A stretch of DNA of 64,000 nt, taken from Chrysomallon squamiferum. Lineage: Eukaryota; Animalia; Mollusca. The DNA lies in assembly GCA_012295275.1 (NCBI GenBank), contig CM022673.1:25420001-25484000 (forward strand), read 5' to 3'. The position numbers were made by a program, and so were the translations under genes. The notes beneath the pieces were generated by a model. That model did no database searches. It had not been told where the DNA came from and saw nothing but the letters and a program-made list of their open reading frames with translations. How positions within the stretch are numbered: position 1 is the stretch's first letter; the number at the start of each line of letters is the position of its first letter. Below, piece by piece: positions 37,876-50,935 of this stretch.

Positions 37876-39514
37876 TAAATAAAACCATATTCAAAAAATA
37901 ATTTCAGTATTGGTAAAGATAGTAATGGAAAATTTTAAAAATTAATTTTTATGTTGCAAACTGTGAAATATATGGCCATTTTCAGTCTATCTGGAAAATA
38001 ATAGTAAGCATATATTTTTCTCTAATCAAAGAATTTAAAACATTTTTTTTTTTCAAAATCTCTTTATAGATATTGACTTTCTTTTGTCAGTGAGTATACC
38101 CTAGCATTTAACTGCAGTAAAGAAGGACACAGAATTTGTGAAGTATAAAATGATTAGGTCTGCTAACACTATTGCTTCAACATTACTGAAGTTTGTATAC
38201 AAAGCTGCAAAAAGCAAATGAAGTCAAGACCCTCAGTTCTGCATGTTAATTTGTATTTGCCCAGTATTCGACAAAAAATGAAAAAGCAAAGACATAACAA
38301 ACAAACAAATAAATAAATAAATAAATAAATAAATTAATAAATTAATTAATTAAAAAAATAAAAATAAAAATAAAAAGAACTGCACTTACTTGTGATTATA
38401 GGAAATAGCTCTTCAATTTTTTAATTTTTTATTTAATGTCATAAAATTCAAACATTTTGTTTGATTCATCACTAACCTCACCTGCATTTTCTACCTGAAG
38501 ACCTGGTCTAATTTACACCTTTTAATTGTTAAAAGTTTACAACTTTACATTTTAATTTTTAAATAAAAAGCTGACAAAATCTTAATAACAAACACATTGT
38601 AAAAAGGAGGTAAATATTAACTTTTTTCCTTTTGACCTCAGAGCAATTAAAGTTTGTCAGAAAAAAAAAAAAAAATAAATAAATAAAAATAAATATAAAT
38701 AAAATCATATTCAAAAAATAATTTCAGTATTGGTAAAGATAGTAATGGAAAATTTTAAAAATTAATTTTTATGTTGCAAACTGTGAAATATATGGCCATT
38801 TTCAGTCTATCTGGAAAATAATAGTAAGCATATATTTTTCTCTAATCAAAGAATTTAAAACATTTTTTTTTTTCAAAATCTCTTTATAGATATTGACTTT
38901 CTTTTGTCAGTGAGTATACCCTAGCATTTAACTGCAGTAAAGAAGGACACAGAATTTGTGAAGTATAAAATGATTAGGTCTGCTAACACTATTGCTTCAA
39001 CATTACTGAAGTTTGTATACAAAGCTGCAAAAAGCAAATGAAGTCAAGACCCTCAGTTCTGCATGTTAATTTGTATTTGCCCAGTATTCGACAAAAAATG
39101 AAAAAGCAAAGACATAACAAACAAACAAATAAATAAATAAATAAATAAATTAATAAATTAATTAATTAAAAAAATAAAAATAAAAAGAACTGCACTTACT
39201 TGTGATTATAGGAAATAGCTCTTCAATTTTTTAATTTTTTATTTAATGTCATAAAATTCAAACATTTTGTTTGATTCAGCACTAACCTCACCTGCATTTT
39301 CTACCTGAAGACCTGGTCTAATTTACACCTTTTAATTGTTAAAAGTTTACAACTTTACATTTTAATTTTTAAATAAAAAGCTGACAAAATCTTAATAACA
39401 AACACATTGTAAAAAGGAGGTAAATATTAACTTTTTTCCTTTTGACCTCAGAGCAATTAAAGTTTGTCAGAAAAAAAAAAATAAATAAATAAATAAAAAT
39501 AAATATAAATAAAA
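37876..39514. repeat. Near-identical tandem duplication, 820-bp period
   Basis: 37881-38700 is repeated at 38701-39514. The only differences seen are two substitutions (aaccatat/aatcatat, tcatcact/tcagcact) and microsatellite or poly-A lengths. Confidence 0.97.
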
Positions 39515-40346
39515 CAATATTAAATTAGATTTAAAAAAAATCTTTCACAGAAAATAATTTACTACTCATAATTGTAAATGCACTGAATTTCTTTTTAACG
39601 GTTTCAAGAAGGTGAGTGGTTCATAGCAAGTTTAAATCATCATCATCATCATCACAGCTGGTCAGGCCAAACAAACGTCAACATCGCCTGACACAACAGC
39701 AGCGCTTTTCTGTTGACACAAATATGAGAATATTTGTACAGATGTTTTGCATTGTGTGTATTATTTATTTATTATTAAATTCAGTAACACATAACTAACT
39801 GTCTACTGCAGCCTACTGCCTATAGCAATAAAAACATTTCAAATAAATCAGAAAACTTCAATCTAGCAGTAATAAATATTCATATGGGCCACATTCAAAA
39901 AAAAAAAAAATAATAATAATCTGTATTAATATTATCTCCATTCCAGCACAGTTTGTTTAATTTCAAATACCAGCAGCTTTAAGGGTTTTTATATGAATAA
40001 TAAATAATAAATTATTGTAATATACGAATATCACTGCATTTTTATTATTATTAATATTAAGCGCTTTTGAAACTTTGGCAGAACTGACATTACCAAGAAA
40101 ATGAAGAAGAAGAAGAAGAAGAAGAAGACGTAAAAATAAACGTAACAAGCAAGAACTCTGAGATGTTTGTGACTGAGGAGAAATGTTACCGAAGTAACCA
40201 GCTGTAAGTAACACCACCTTACTTCACAGTAAAAGTAACTAAGATGAGGTGAAATGACAGAGTACAAGTGATCACAATTTGTTTTTTTGTAACAAAACAC
40301 CTAACAAGGCAGTTAGCAGTTTTACGTCATCATCGTTCACCGACTG

Positions 40347-40800
40347 TTCAGTGAAATAATGCTTTATATTAATCACTGACAGCAGTTCTTTTCAGTGAAA
40401 TAATGCTATACAATATTCACTGACAATAACTCTTTTCAGTGAAATAATGGTATACAATATTCACTGACAGTAAGTCTTTTCAGTGAAATAATGGTATGCA
40501 ATATTCACTGACAATAGATCTGTTCAGTGAAATAATGGTATACAATATTCACTGACAATAACTATTTTCAGTGAAATAATGTTATGCATTGTTCACTGAA
40601 AACAGTTCTGTTCAGTGAAATAGTTGTTTACGTTATTCATCAACAGCAATGCTTTTCAGTGGAATAACTCTTTACATTATTCATTGAAATAAATGTTTAC
40701 ATCATTCGCTAACGCAAGCTGTGTTCACTGAAGTAATTGCTTACGTTATATCCAGCAGAGGTATTCAGTGAAACTGCTCTTTACATTTGTCACTCACTAA
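40347..40800. repeat. 44-bp palindromic minisatellite (8 clear + 2-3 decayed copies)
   Basis: ttcagtg(a/g)aata starts at 40347, 40391, 40435, 40479, 40523, 40567, 40611 and 40655. Core tcagtgaaataatggtatacaatattcactga has TCAGTGAA/TTCACTGA inverted arms. Confidence 0.95.
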
Positions 40801-41134
40801 ACAATACCGCTGCTGTTCAAAATCTCACATCTTCGTTTCACAACAACTGTTCTTCACTGAGTAGTTGATCACCAGTCGTCCACTGAAGTCATTCAGTTCT
40901 TCAGCGAAATCCTGCTGCCATCGTTTTTCTGATTGCTACTGAGTGAAACCGTTGTCCAGTTCTGTTCACTCGAGCAGGATGTTGATCAGCAGCAACTGTC
41001 ACAACATGTCCAGTGAAGTTTGACTTGTTCCTGCTCTCTGTCTGTCTGTCTGTCTTACTGGACCTGTCTGTACACGAGATGCTTGCTGGAGATGAGGATG
41101 CAGTTGGCGAAGATGAGTGCACAAGGAGAAAATG

Positions 41135-42736
41135 TTAAAGCGAGCTGGGACTGGGACTGCCATATCCACTGGAAACATCGTCATTCAGACTCTGCGTCTG
41201 TCTCTTCATCTGAGTGAGCGCATTGTAACCGTAGGACAAGTTCGACATGTTAGCAAACACCATCCGCTCCTCATAGTCATATTCACACAGAATTTTATTA
41301 TCACACAGAAAGAAGCGATCACCCACACAGAATCTGGAAACGTAAAAAGAAAACAAAAAAACTTTTATAAATGTGAGGATATATATTTTTTTTTAATCTC
41401 TTCAGGATAATGTATTATTATTATTTTTTTTTAAATCTATTCTAGGCTTATAAGGATTTGTGGAAAACAGTTCATACTGGCTACTTAAGTAATTCATGAT
41501 AATAAGGAATACATGGTTACATATTCATTTTTAAAAAAGATTAAAAAGATATTGTTTTCTGCACATACTTAATAAAGATATAGGAAAGTATACTGATCAA
41601 TGTAAGTTATGAATCAAGAGATATCTGTTCCTGTTTTAAAGGGTGATGTCTTTATGGTCAGTTTCAAACATAAAGATATCAAAAACTAAAAATTTATAAT
41701 ATATTTCAGTTCACCAAAAAAATCTTGTTTTTCATGTTAGTGATCTGTATCAGTTTTCTGTTTAACTGATTAAAAAGACACTAAATCATTTATCTGAGTG
41801 TTTGCTGTTTAAATATTTGTAAAGCAATTTCATTATTGCAGCAAATCTTGAAGTTCTAGTACAACACTCTGGTTTATTAAGTTTCCAGTTCCCATATTAA
41901 TTCTGATTTCATTTTAATTATAAAAAAGCAAGTACACATTCTTTATTTCAGAATTTATTTTAGATGATTATTTATTGAGCAGAATACATTAAATATTAAA
42001 TATGTCTTATTGTTATATATTACAATGGCATGAAAGACGCTCATATATTTATTTGTTGTTAGATCTTAAATAACGTATGTATTTATGTATATATATGTGT
42101 GTGTGCGTGTGTGTGTATGTGTGTAGGCAATGCTAAACATTCAGAGATTTATTTTGTACAAATCTGATAAAAATACTACAAATAATTGATTATAAATGCC
42201 AAGTTAAACAAAAAAAAGTTTTAAAAAAAAGAAGTACAAACATATACCACATCATGATAATTTATAATGTTAAGATTATACTTAATATAAAAAAAAAAAA
42301 AGTAAATAAAAATTAAAAGACATGAAATAAAATACCTGTGGTTGCACTGCTGGCATGCAAAGCATTCCAGGTGATAGACATTATTTTTAGCTCTCATCAC
42401 CATTTCAAACGCTGGAATCATCTTGTTGCAAGCCGAGCAGTACCCAGTTGTACCAAACAACCTGAAACACAAATCAGCAGACTGAGTACAACTGTCAGTT
42501 GAGAAAAAAAACACAAAAAAGAAATCACGATACCTTATCGAGAATTGCCCAAACTAAAGTCAAACGTAACTCATAAAAGTTAGTTTACGAAGACATTTTT
42601 TTTTTTGGTTGAGAAAAGCTTTTTCATAACAAATAAATCTTCATGTTCTGCATTTGATTGTATATTTTAAAGCAGACTGATTTGAGAATTTTTTGAATAG
42701 AAGATTTATTTGTTTTTTTTAGAATGGTGATTTTTT

Positions 42737-42767
<31 letters not shown>

Positions 42768-44761
42768 TGAATGAAAATTTATTACTTGTTTTTCATTTAT
42801 TTATAATTTATTTAATAATTTTTTATTTTTTATTTTCAATCTAAGAATTTTTTTCTATATACCAGTATTTTTTATTTTTTATTATTATTTTTTTTTTTAG
42901 CCTCTCTCAGGTAATGTCATGCAACAAATGAACACTGTCTGGTATCACTAGAATTATTCAGACTGAGTGTACAAAGCTTTGCATGCAAGAGTGACGCATT
43001 CACTTTATGAACAGTGACGTCCAAATTGAAAAGCACTCTCTCAGGAAATGTTCCTACTTGTCACTCTGATTATCACTATCTGACATTGTAGTATTTGTCA
43101 CTTTGAATTTCCATTGTGATGCTGTTTACTGCGGTAATAACGACAGCTATTAAAACGTATGCTTGCTTGTGTCACTCTTGTCAGTTGTGTTTTAAAAGAA
43201 GTGAACGTCACGTTTGTGTGGAGTAACTTCGACAGCAGCAAACAGACCATTACTAGGAATTTACTGATAATGTATGGTGCAGAGAAAAAAAAGAAAAGAA
43301 AAGAACTGTTAACGAACAAGCACTGAAAATTTTGTTATGAAGTCTAAAATTTTAGGCAACTTTTTAAAAAGACATGTTTAAAAAAATGATATAAATTAAT
43401 GAGACTGTTGTAATTATATGCAAACTATATGAACAACAAATATATAAAATATTCGATTTTTACATGATCTATGTATTTTTACCATATACATTTTATGAAT
43501 TTTTAATTTTGTGTGTATGTAAAATATATATATTTTTTCCCTTTCCAACATGCATTGTAGACTATTTTCCAATTCTGACTTGGCTGCCATTCACCCATTT
43601 TCACAGTGAACTTACAAACAAGTAATCTAATTCAGGTTTTAACTATTTAAATGGAGATGTGTTTGCACACAGATCTTATAAACTGTGAAACTGTAAATGT
43701 CATGCTGTAACTTTTTGTAAAATTCTGTTCTAAAAACAGTCGATTTAAAAGTTAAATTTTTATCACTGCTTGTTTACATGCAATAGCTGATTGTTTTTTT
43801 TTGTCCTGGGATCTAAAACATTTATTCATTCATTCTTGCTTACTGCCTAAGCTTATCTAAACCACTGTTTCCTAACATTTTATTTTTTTTTAACCCCATT
43901 TTGAATAATTTTTCAGATTAGGCTTCTGTGTTAAATTTTATAACAGGATAAAAGTATGATAAATTATGTAATGTATTTGTATAATTATAATATTTAACTT
44001 TGGCCATTTGTTCTTAAAGAGTCACCAATTTCAATTATGTTAAAATTTCTTTATATTTCTGTTTTGTTCTCTGTGTAACAATAAAAACATATTCTAGTAA
44101 CAGAAATTAATTAATTACAGTTCAGACTGCCAGTATATGCTAGTACTATAAGTATAAACTGTTTTTTGTTTTTTTTTGTATACTTTATCAGTAACACATA
44201 GTTAGATGATTTGTGTGGGAAGTAATGTGTATATAATAGAAAAACTAAAACAAATTATTGATTATACTTCTCACATTTAATTTCACTGGTAGCAGAACAG
44301 TATGATGGTTATTACACGGTGCCATCAGTATTAATACCATTAATCTACATATTAAAAATTAACAACAGTGAAAATGAGTTTAAGATTTGCAGTCAGGACA
44401 ACAAGTAAGATTTACCTCAGGTAATCTCTTCTACAGAGCAGAAGGTTGACTATTTATTACCAGAGATATTACCAGTGTTAATCTACATATTAAAAAATGA
44501 ACCAGTGAAAACTGAGTTAAGACTTGCCACTAGAAGTAAAACTTACCTCAGGTAATCTCTTCTACAGAGGAGCAGGTTGGCCTTGGTGAAGAGGGTGGAG
44601 CCGACCTCGCCCAGCCTGCAGTCGCAGCAGGAACACTTGAGACAGTCTTCGTGCCAGTACTGGTCCAGCGCCTTCAGAAGAAACCTCTCGGTTATCTTCT
44701 TCTGGCACCCTGAGCACTCCTGGCGATTTGCCAACCCATTCGGTTCTTGTGAAATCTGCAT
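41135..44761 (-). CDS. LMO1: LIM-domain-only transcriptional cofactor, LMO1/LMO3 (Beadex/dLMO) type, ~179 aa
   Basis: Exons on -: 44766-44547 (ATG at 44761; [58 protein letters not shown]), 42461-42336 ([42 protein letters not shown]), 41333-41135 ([26 protein letters not shown]...SPSPSSL*). Two complete LIM domains, both introns phase 2. A short upstream coding exon cannot be excluded. Confidence 0.96.
44326..44450 (-). repeat. Local duplicate of the 3' end of the first LMO coding exon, its donor and adjacent intron
   Basis: 44340-44450 aligns to 44478-44581. On -, the copy reads gtc aac ctt ctg ctc tgt aga aga gat tac ctg ag|GTAAAT versus the true gcc aac ctg ctc ctc tgt aga aga gat tac ctg ag|GTAAGT. 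Confidence 0.9.
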
Positions 44762-45374
44762 TGGACCTTAAATGAAGCAAAAACAACTGTGTTAAATTTT
44801 TAAGTTGATTAAAAAAACAAAAACAAGAATGCAGAGCAGATTAAACAAAAAGGTTTTTAAAGAAAAGAAAAAAATGCTGTAAAAGGTGTTTTGTGGTTTT
44901 AATGTTGGCAGTTGTGGTGTTGTGTCTTATATCTCCATTGATCCGTGGTTAGTTTGGAAAAGTCTGTGGTATGTACTGTCTCGGTGAAAATGCATGTTAC
45001 AGATATTTTCATCACAAGAAAAATAAATAACATTAATGGGTTACACAAAACTCATATATCTCCTTATCTACAGACTATTAAAATAAAAAAGACAACAAAT
45101 ACAAATTTGTTTAATGCTGAAAAGTATAATCTAATGCTCACCGAAATGCTCTCTTTTACTAACATTCAAAATTCCTCTATATAATTTGCTATTACTTTTA
45201 TCATTTATTTAATTACACTGTAATTTCCCTTTCAGCTATTTTTAAACATGTAACAAATCTAAAGCTAACAAAAAACAAAACATATCTTGACAATCAAAAT
45301 CTGTTATTTAATTAAAGTATTTTGAATTCAATTTAAATGGTGTGTCTTGTATTCAGTTTCATCTAAATCAAAAA

Positions 45375-45965
45375 CAAAAACACAAGCATCTTATTTCATC
45401 AGCTACAACTGAAGAAAAAAAAACAACAAGAACAAATGACAGCAATTTCCAGATGTACTGAATACTTTAAATTTAAAATTAACTCTGATATAAAGTTAAA
45501 AATTACAACACACAAGCATCTTTTTTCAACTGCAACAACTGAAAAAACAACAACAAGAACAAACGACACCAATTTCCAGATGTACTGAATACTTTAAATT
45601 TAAAATTAACTCTGATATAAAGTTAAAAATTACAACACACAAGCATCTTTTTTCAACTGCAACAACTGAAAAAACAAACAAGAACAAACGACACCAATTT
45701 CCAGATGTACTGAATACTTTAAATTTAAAATTAAACCTGATATAAAGTTAAAAATTACAACACACAAGCATCTTTTTTCAACTGCAACAACTGAAAAAAC
45801 ACACAACAAGAACAAACGACACCAATTTCCAGATGTACTGAATACTTTAAATTTAAAATTAACTCTGATATAAAGTTAAAAATTACAACACACAAGCATC
45901 TTTTTTCAACTGCAACAACTGAAAAAACAACAACAAGAACAAACGACAGCAATTTCCAGATGTAT
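45375..45965. repeat. ~127-bp tandem repeat, ~4.7 copies
   Basis: cacaagcatc recurs at 45381, 45511, 45638, 45763 and 45891 with near-identical intervening sequence. Explains the three similar ORFs at 45630-46074. Confidence 0.97.
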
Positions 45966-47929
45966 TGAAAACCTCAACTTTGAAATAAAACTGCAAGAAA
46001 TATAAATAAACGTGAACTGCCTTCCTACCTGAAGTGTCTGACTCTAACCTGGATACAAACCACTCTGAGACCACTCACTCAGTTTAACTGCCTGGATGGG
46101 AGAGGTTACACAATCATAATTACTTGCTATTAATGGACAATTAGAACACGGTATGCTTGCCCCAAAGCACTCGGTGAAGCAGCAATTAGTGAAAAGAGGT
46201 AAGTTACAGGGCCGGTCTCAGTTTTAACACACCTGTTACACGGAGAGAGAGAGAGATCAGTAACAGGGAACAACAGCATTAAACAGTGCATTAGTCCCTC
46301 TTACGGACAATTGTATGAGCAATCTGTGTACCAGGCCACTTACGCGGAGAGTTGTATGAACAATGGGCACAGTGTTAGTCAATTACACACACACACTTAC
46401 AAACCACTCAGGTGTAATTAATAACATTAAAATAAATCTTCTATTAAAAAGAACCAGTTAATTCAGATGTCTGGGTAACATACAAACTGTATTACACAAT
46501 TATGAAACGACACTGAAAATAATTCTGCATGGTTCTTATTATTTTTATCCATTAACAATTACTGTGGGTTTTTTTTTTTTATGGTTAATAAATACAATAA
46601 AGAATGATTAAAAGCCTGAGGCTTGACAGTCCATGAGATCAATTCTCCACAGTCTGCCCTTCAGTTATTTTCTATTTCAGCCATTGTCTGGCCTAAGTAT
46701 GTGCTTGCATAGTCCTTTGTTCCTATTCATTAATAACTGTCTGCATAAAAAAAAAATCATATATATATGCATACAACCAAAACCCACAATAAATTATTTT
46801 CAAATTTTCAAATCCATTCATACATCTTCATTTTCAAGTATCAAAATTCAATCAAGCAATTTGCTGTCAAAAAAGAAATATAATCTTCTCCGATTTCACC
46901 ACACAAGTTCAGCTGTGACACGACAATTGTTTTATTTAGACTGTTCATGATTACAGTCTCTAATTCAGTGACTAAGCATCTTTTGCAAGTCTACAGCTAA
47001 TTGTTCAAGTATGCCTTTCGTGGGCACCAACTACACTTCACCACTGTGTCTTGTTTAGATGTTTGCTGTAACGAGAGAATAGTTGACAAGTGTATCTGTT
47101 AGCTTGTTTCTATTACAGATCATTTCAAGAATGCCTATGATGGGCTTGATCTGTAAAATTAGCTAAAGTCAGGATGATTCTATTGATTAAACTATTCATG
47201 ATAACTGTCACTGTATTCAGTGACAATGTATCTTTGACTGTTCTTGTGTGTGTGTGTGTGGCTAACTGTTAGATTACTTCTGTCACAGAGCTCATTAAAA
47301 ACATCTTTCATGGCCATAACATGCTCAGATGTTCCTTTATAACAGTGACTCCATTGAACCACCAAGAAACTCTGAGTGTCTTGTGAGTGTGTGGATACTT
47401 AACTCTGAGTTTATCTCCATCACAAAAACTCTTCAAGTATGGCTTCCATGGGCACAAACCAACACCATGTCTTTATTTTACTACATGTAATTCAGTGACT
47501 AAGTACCTCTGGTTGTCTGATTAATAGTTATGCTGTCTTGCAACCCAGAACTTTCAGTATATGGTTCTACAGTACAGCCTAAAACTTTAGAAAATCTTCT
47601 GCCCAAGTGAGAGTGGTTGTCTGGTTTAGATGTGGGTGAGAGCAGAGACTGGGGTGAGTGATCAGCTTGCTAACAGATGTTTGTGTTACATGCTACTAAT
47701 GAGCTGTTAGTGTCAGGAAAGATGTAACTACCTGCAGACAACTGAAGATTTTAATCTGGCATTCCTCGGAAAGTCATCCATACCCATTTTATATCCATGG
47801 ATTACACCAGTGTGCAGACACTTCACATATAAACGATTACTTCTTCTTTAGTGCAGATGTTGTTGTTTTATACTGTGTAAGCTGTGTATGTTGTGTTTAT
47901 ATTTATATTATTCTAATGTGTAGAAGTAT

Positions 47930-48225
47930 CAAACTATCAATAATTGATTGTTACTTTAGTAAAAAATGTAGTTTTACTATGAACCATAATCTGAACTATA
48001 TGTGTATTGTTTTTATATTGTTTTTATACTTAAAGTTATAGGTGAGTAATATGTTGATTGCTATTTTAGTGCAATGTTGTAGTTTTACTATGTAAACTGT
48101 AATTATGTTTTTATATTTAATTCTTACACATAGAACTATCATAGTATCAATAACTGATTACTACTTTAGTAAAAAAATGTAGTTTTACTATGAACCATAA
48201 TCTGAACTATATGTGTACTGTTTTT
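47930..48225. repeat. Degenerate tandem repeat (~105-bp period, ~3 copies)
   Basis: actttagtaaaaaatgtagttttactatgaaccataatctgaactatatgtgta at ~47953 and ~48163, with a diverged copy at ~48061. Confidence 0.8.
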
Positions 48226-48757
48226 TTATTTAGATTATAAGCAATATCTATAAACATTATACAGCATATAAATATAAACACAATGATTTACTATTTTTGT
48301 ATGTTTTTTTGTTGTTTTTTTAAATTTAGAATACAGTAACAGGTATAAAAAAAATACAGTAACTTAATGATTAAACTATGTCTTTATTGTTTTATCCATA
48401 CAAAATGTAACATCTGATTTCACTGATTTTATAATTTAATTTTAAATTTTTTTCTATTTTTTTATATATAGTTAGGTGGACCATTGTTTACTTGAGTATA
48501 ATTATACTAATTATTATATTGTCTTGAGTATGTAAATTCTGAGTACACAGTATGAATTTAATATCAAAAGTTTTTGTTCAGTTTTAAGCAAACTGGGTTC
48601 ATTGTACTGTTAATTAATCCATTTTAATCAGTGAATTAAAAATAAGAAAATTCTTTATATAATATAATAAAGAATTTAGACTGTGTAACAGTTTAAGATG
48701 TTAGACACATCTTGTATTGTATGTCAAATACTGTTCTATAAATAATGTTTTTATTTT

Positions 48758-48761
<4 letters not shown>

Positions 48762-48817
<56 letters not shown>

Positions 48818-48940
48818 ATGTATGTATGTATATATGTGTGTGTGTGTGTATGTATATATGTATGTATGTATTTATTTGTTTGTATTTGTGTGTATGTGTA
48901 TATATATATATATATGTATGTATGTATGTATGTGTGTGTG

Positions 48941-48971
<31 letters not shown>

Positions 48972-48972
48972 A
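48762..48972. repeat. Compound (TA)n/(TATG)n/(TG)n microsatellite
   Basis: Visible directly. Source of the YIYI/MYVC ORFs. Confidence 0.95.
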
Positions 48973-50154
48973 CTTTTTTTCTATACCAAACAATGTAGAA
49001 AGTATTTTGTAAAATAAAATAATAAAACAGAATACAGGTTTCACAACAAGAAGCTGCCCACAGGAAAGTTTGTCATACACACCTGTATGATTCACATGAC
49101 AGAAAGTGATTCAGAGATCTTTAAAAACATGTTTTTTTTTCAGTTTGTTTTTCCTCACTTATTTCTTCAAAATTCTGATCTCAATTTCCAAAGAAAAACT
49201 TCAATGACACTAAATATTATTTTTTTTTTTTTTATTTGGATAGGATTTAAAAAAAATATATACATAAATTATATAATTTATTACAACTTTGTTTTATTTA
49301 TTTTTTAGTAGTGACTATGCCAGCTGTTCATTGCAGTTCAATTAAAAGTGAATAAAATAAGCAAGTCCATTTATCCACCATGTTTGTTTATTACATTTCT
49401 GATTGTTATTACATAATTTAATACCTGTTAAACTGTAACTATTACAGTTTGTTCTGTATTCAGTGGTTTCAACAGACTGTTTATTTCAAACGTAACTGTC
49501 TTATCTGTTTATACTAAATATATAAAAACACATACAGACACATATACATACACATATACACACACACGCACATATACATATGCACATACACATACATATA
49601 TACAGATACATACACACACACATACATACATATATATGTATATAATTCTAATCATTACATTATATGACTGCAGTCACATATTTTTGTTGTATTATAATCT
49701 ATGACACATATAAGGTTAAGTATTTTGTAACAGTACTACCGTTAATTCATTCATTAATTTATTCATTATAATTACCTCACCTATAACATCAGATTAGAAT
49801 TCAAAATTCTGATCTCAAATTGATAAAAAAATAATCTTTAATGACATTAAATATTGCTTTGTTTATTTGTTTGGGGAATTATTTGTTGTAATTTATAATG
49901 AAACATGGGGGTGAAAAAGTCTTTGTAAAAACATCAAGTTTAAAGAACTTTGAACCAGAAAGAAAGAAAAAACAGTGAAATTAGAAACATTCCTGAAAAT
50001 CTTTTTGACATTCTTTAAATAAACATGGCATTCTCAAACATGCTCTGAAATCAGAATTAATCAGATTGATGGAAAAAAAATGTCTGAAAAATGTCTGAAA
50101 TGATTTTAATCTATGAAAAACAATACAGACTGGAAAACAAATGTAATAATGAAA

Positions 50155-50935
50155 AAAGTAGTAGCAGCTGTTGTTGTAGTTGTAGTAGTGGTAGTAGTAG
50201 TAGTAAAAATAGTAGTTGTAATAGTAGTAACAGTAGTTATAGTAGTAATAGTTATAATAGTAGAAGTAACAATAGGAACAGTAACAACAGTTGTAATTGT
50301 AGTAGCAGTAACAGTAGTAATAGCAGTAATAGTCATAATAGTAGTAGTAGTAATAATATCAATAGAACTAGTAGTATTAATATAGTAGTAAAATGAGTGA
50401 TAGTAATGGCAGGTGAAAAGTAGTAATAATAACTGGTGCAGTAGCAGTAGCACTAGTATGAATAATAGTAGTAGTAGTAATAATAATAATAATCATAATA
50501 ATAATATAGTAGGACTAAGACTAGCAGCTGTAATAATAATAAACATTGTAGTAGTAGTAGTAGTAGTAGAGTAATAATAGTAATAGTAGCAGTAGTTATA
50601 GTAGATATAGTTGTAATAGTAGTAGTAGTAATGAAAACATTAGTAATATGAATAACAGAAAAAAGTAGTAGTAGAAATAATAGTTAAAATATGAACAGTA
50701 GAAATATTAATACTAATAGTAGTAGCTGAACTAGTAGTAGTAATAATAATGGGAGAAGTAGTAGTAGAAGTAGTAGTAGTAGTAGCAGCAGTGGTAGTAC
50801 AAGAAGCACTAGTAGAAAGACCAACGGTAGAAGTAATAATAATAATATTGTATGACTTAATAATAATAAAGATTGTTGCAGCAGTTGTTGTAGTAGTAGT
50901 AGTAGTAGGAGATGCAGTAGCATATGTAGCATAGG
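50155..50935. repeat. Long compound trinucleotide (AGT/AAT/AGC) low-complexity tract
   Basis: gtagtagta/aataataat runs. Source of the poly-Ser/Val/Thr/Leu ORFs. Confidence 0.95.

Noticed and set aside
40347-40620. Tandem iron-responsive elements (CAGUGA recurs on both strands)
   Set aside because: No bulged C five pairs below the loop, the upper stem is mismatched, and CAGUG falls in the stem of the stronger hairpin.
40347-40800. CRISPR-like appearance (palindromic repeats with variable linkers)
   Set aside because: Eukaryotic context, linkers only ~12 nt and homologous to each other, no cas genes. It is a minisatellite.
33000-41134. miR-9 seed site as in the Drosophila dLMO 3' UTR
   Set aside because: I found no CTTTGGT on the plus strand in this interval by eye. 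A proper scan would be needed to exclude it.
48717-49095. Overlapping YIYI/MYVC ORFs
   Set aside because: Dinucleotide and tetranucleotide microsatellite.
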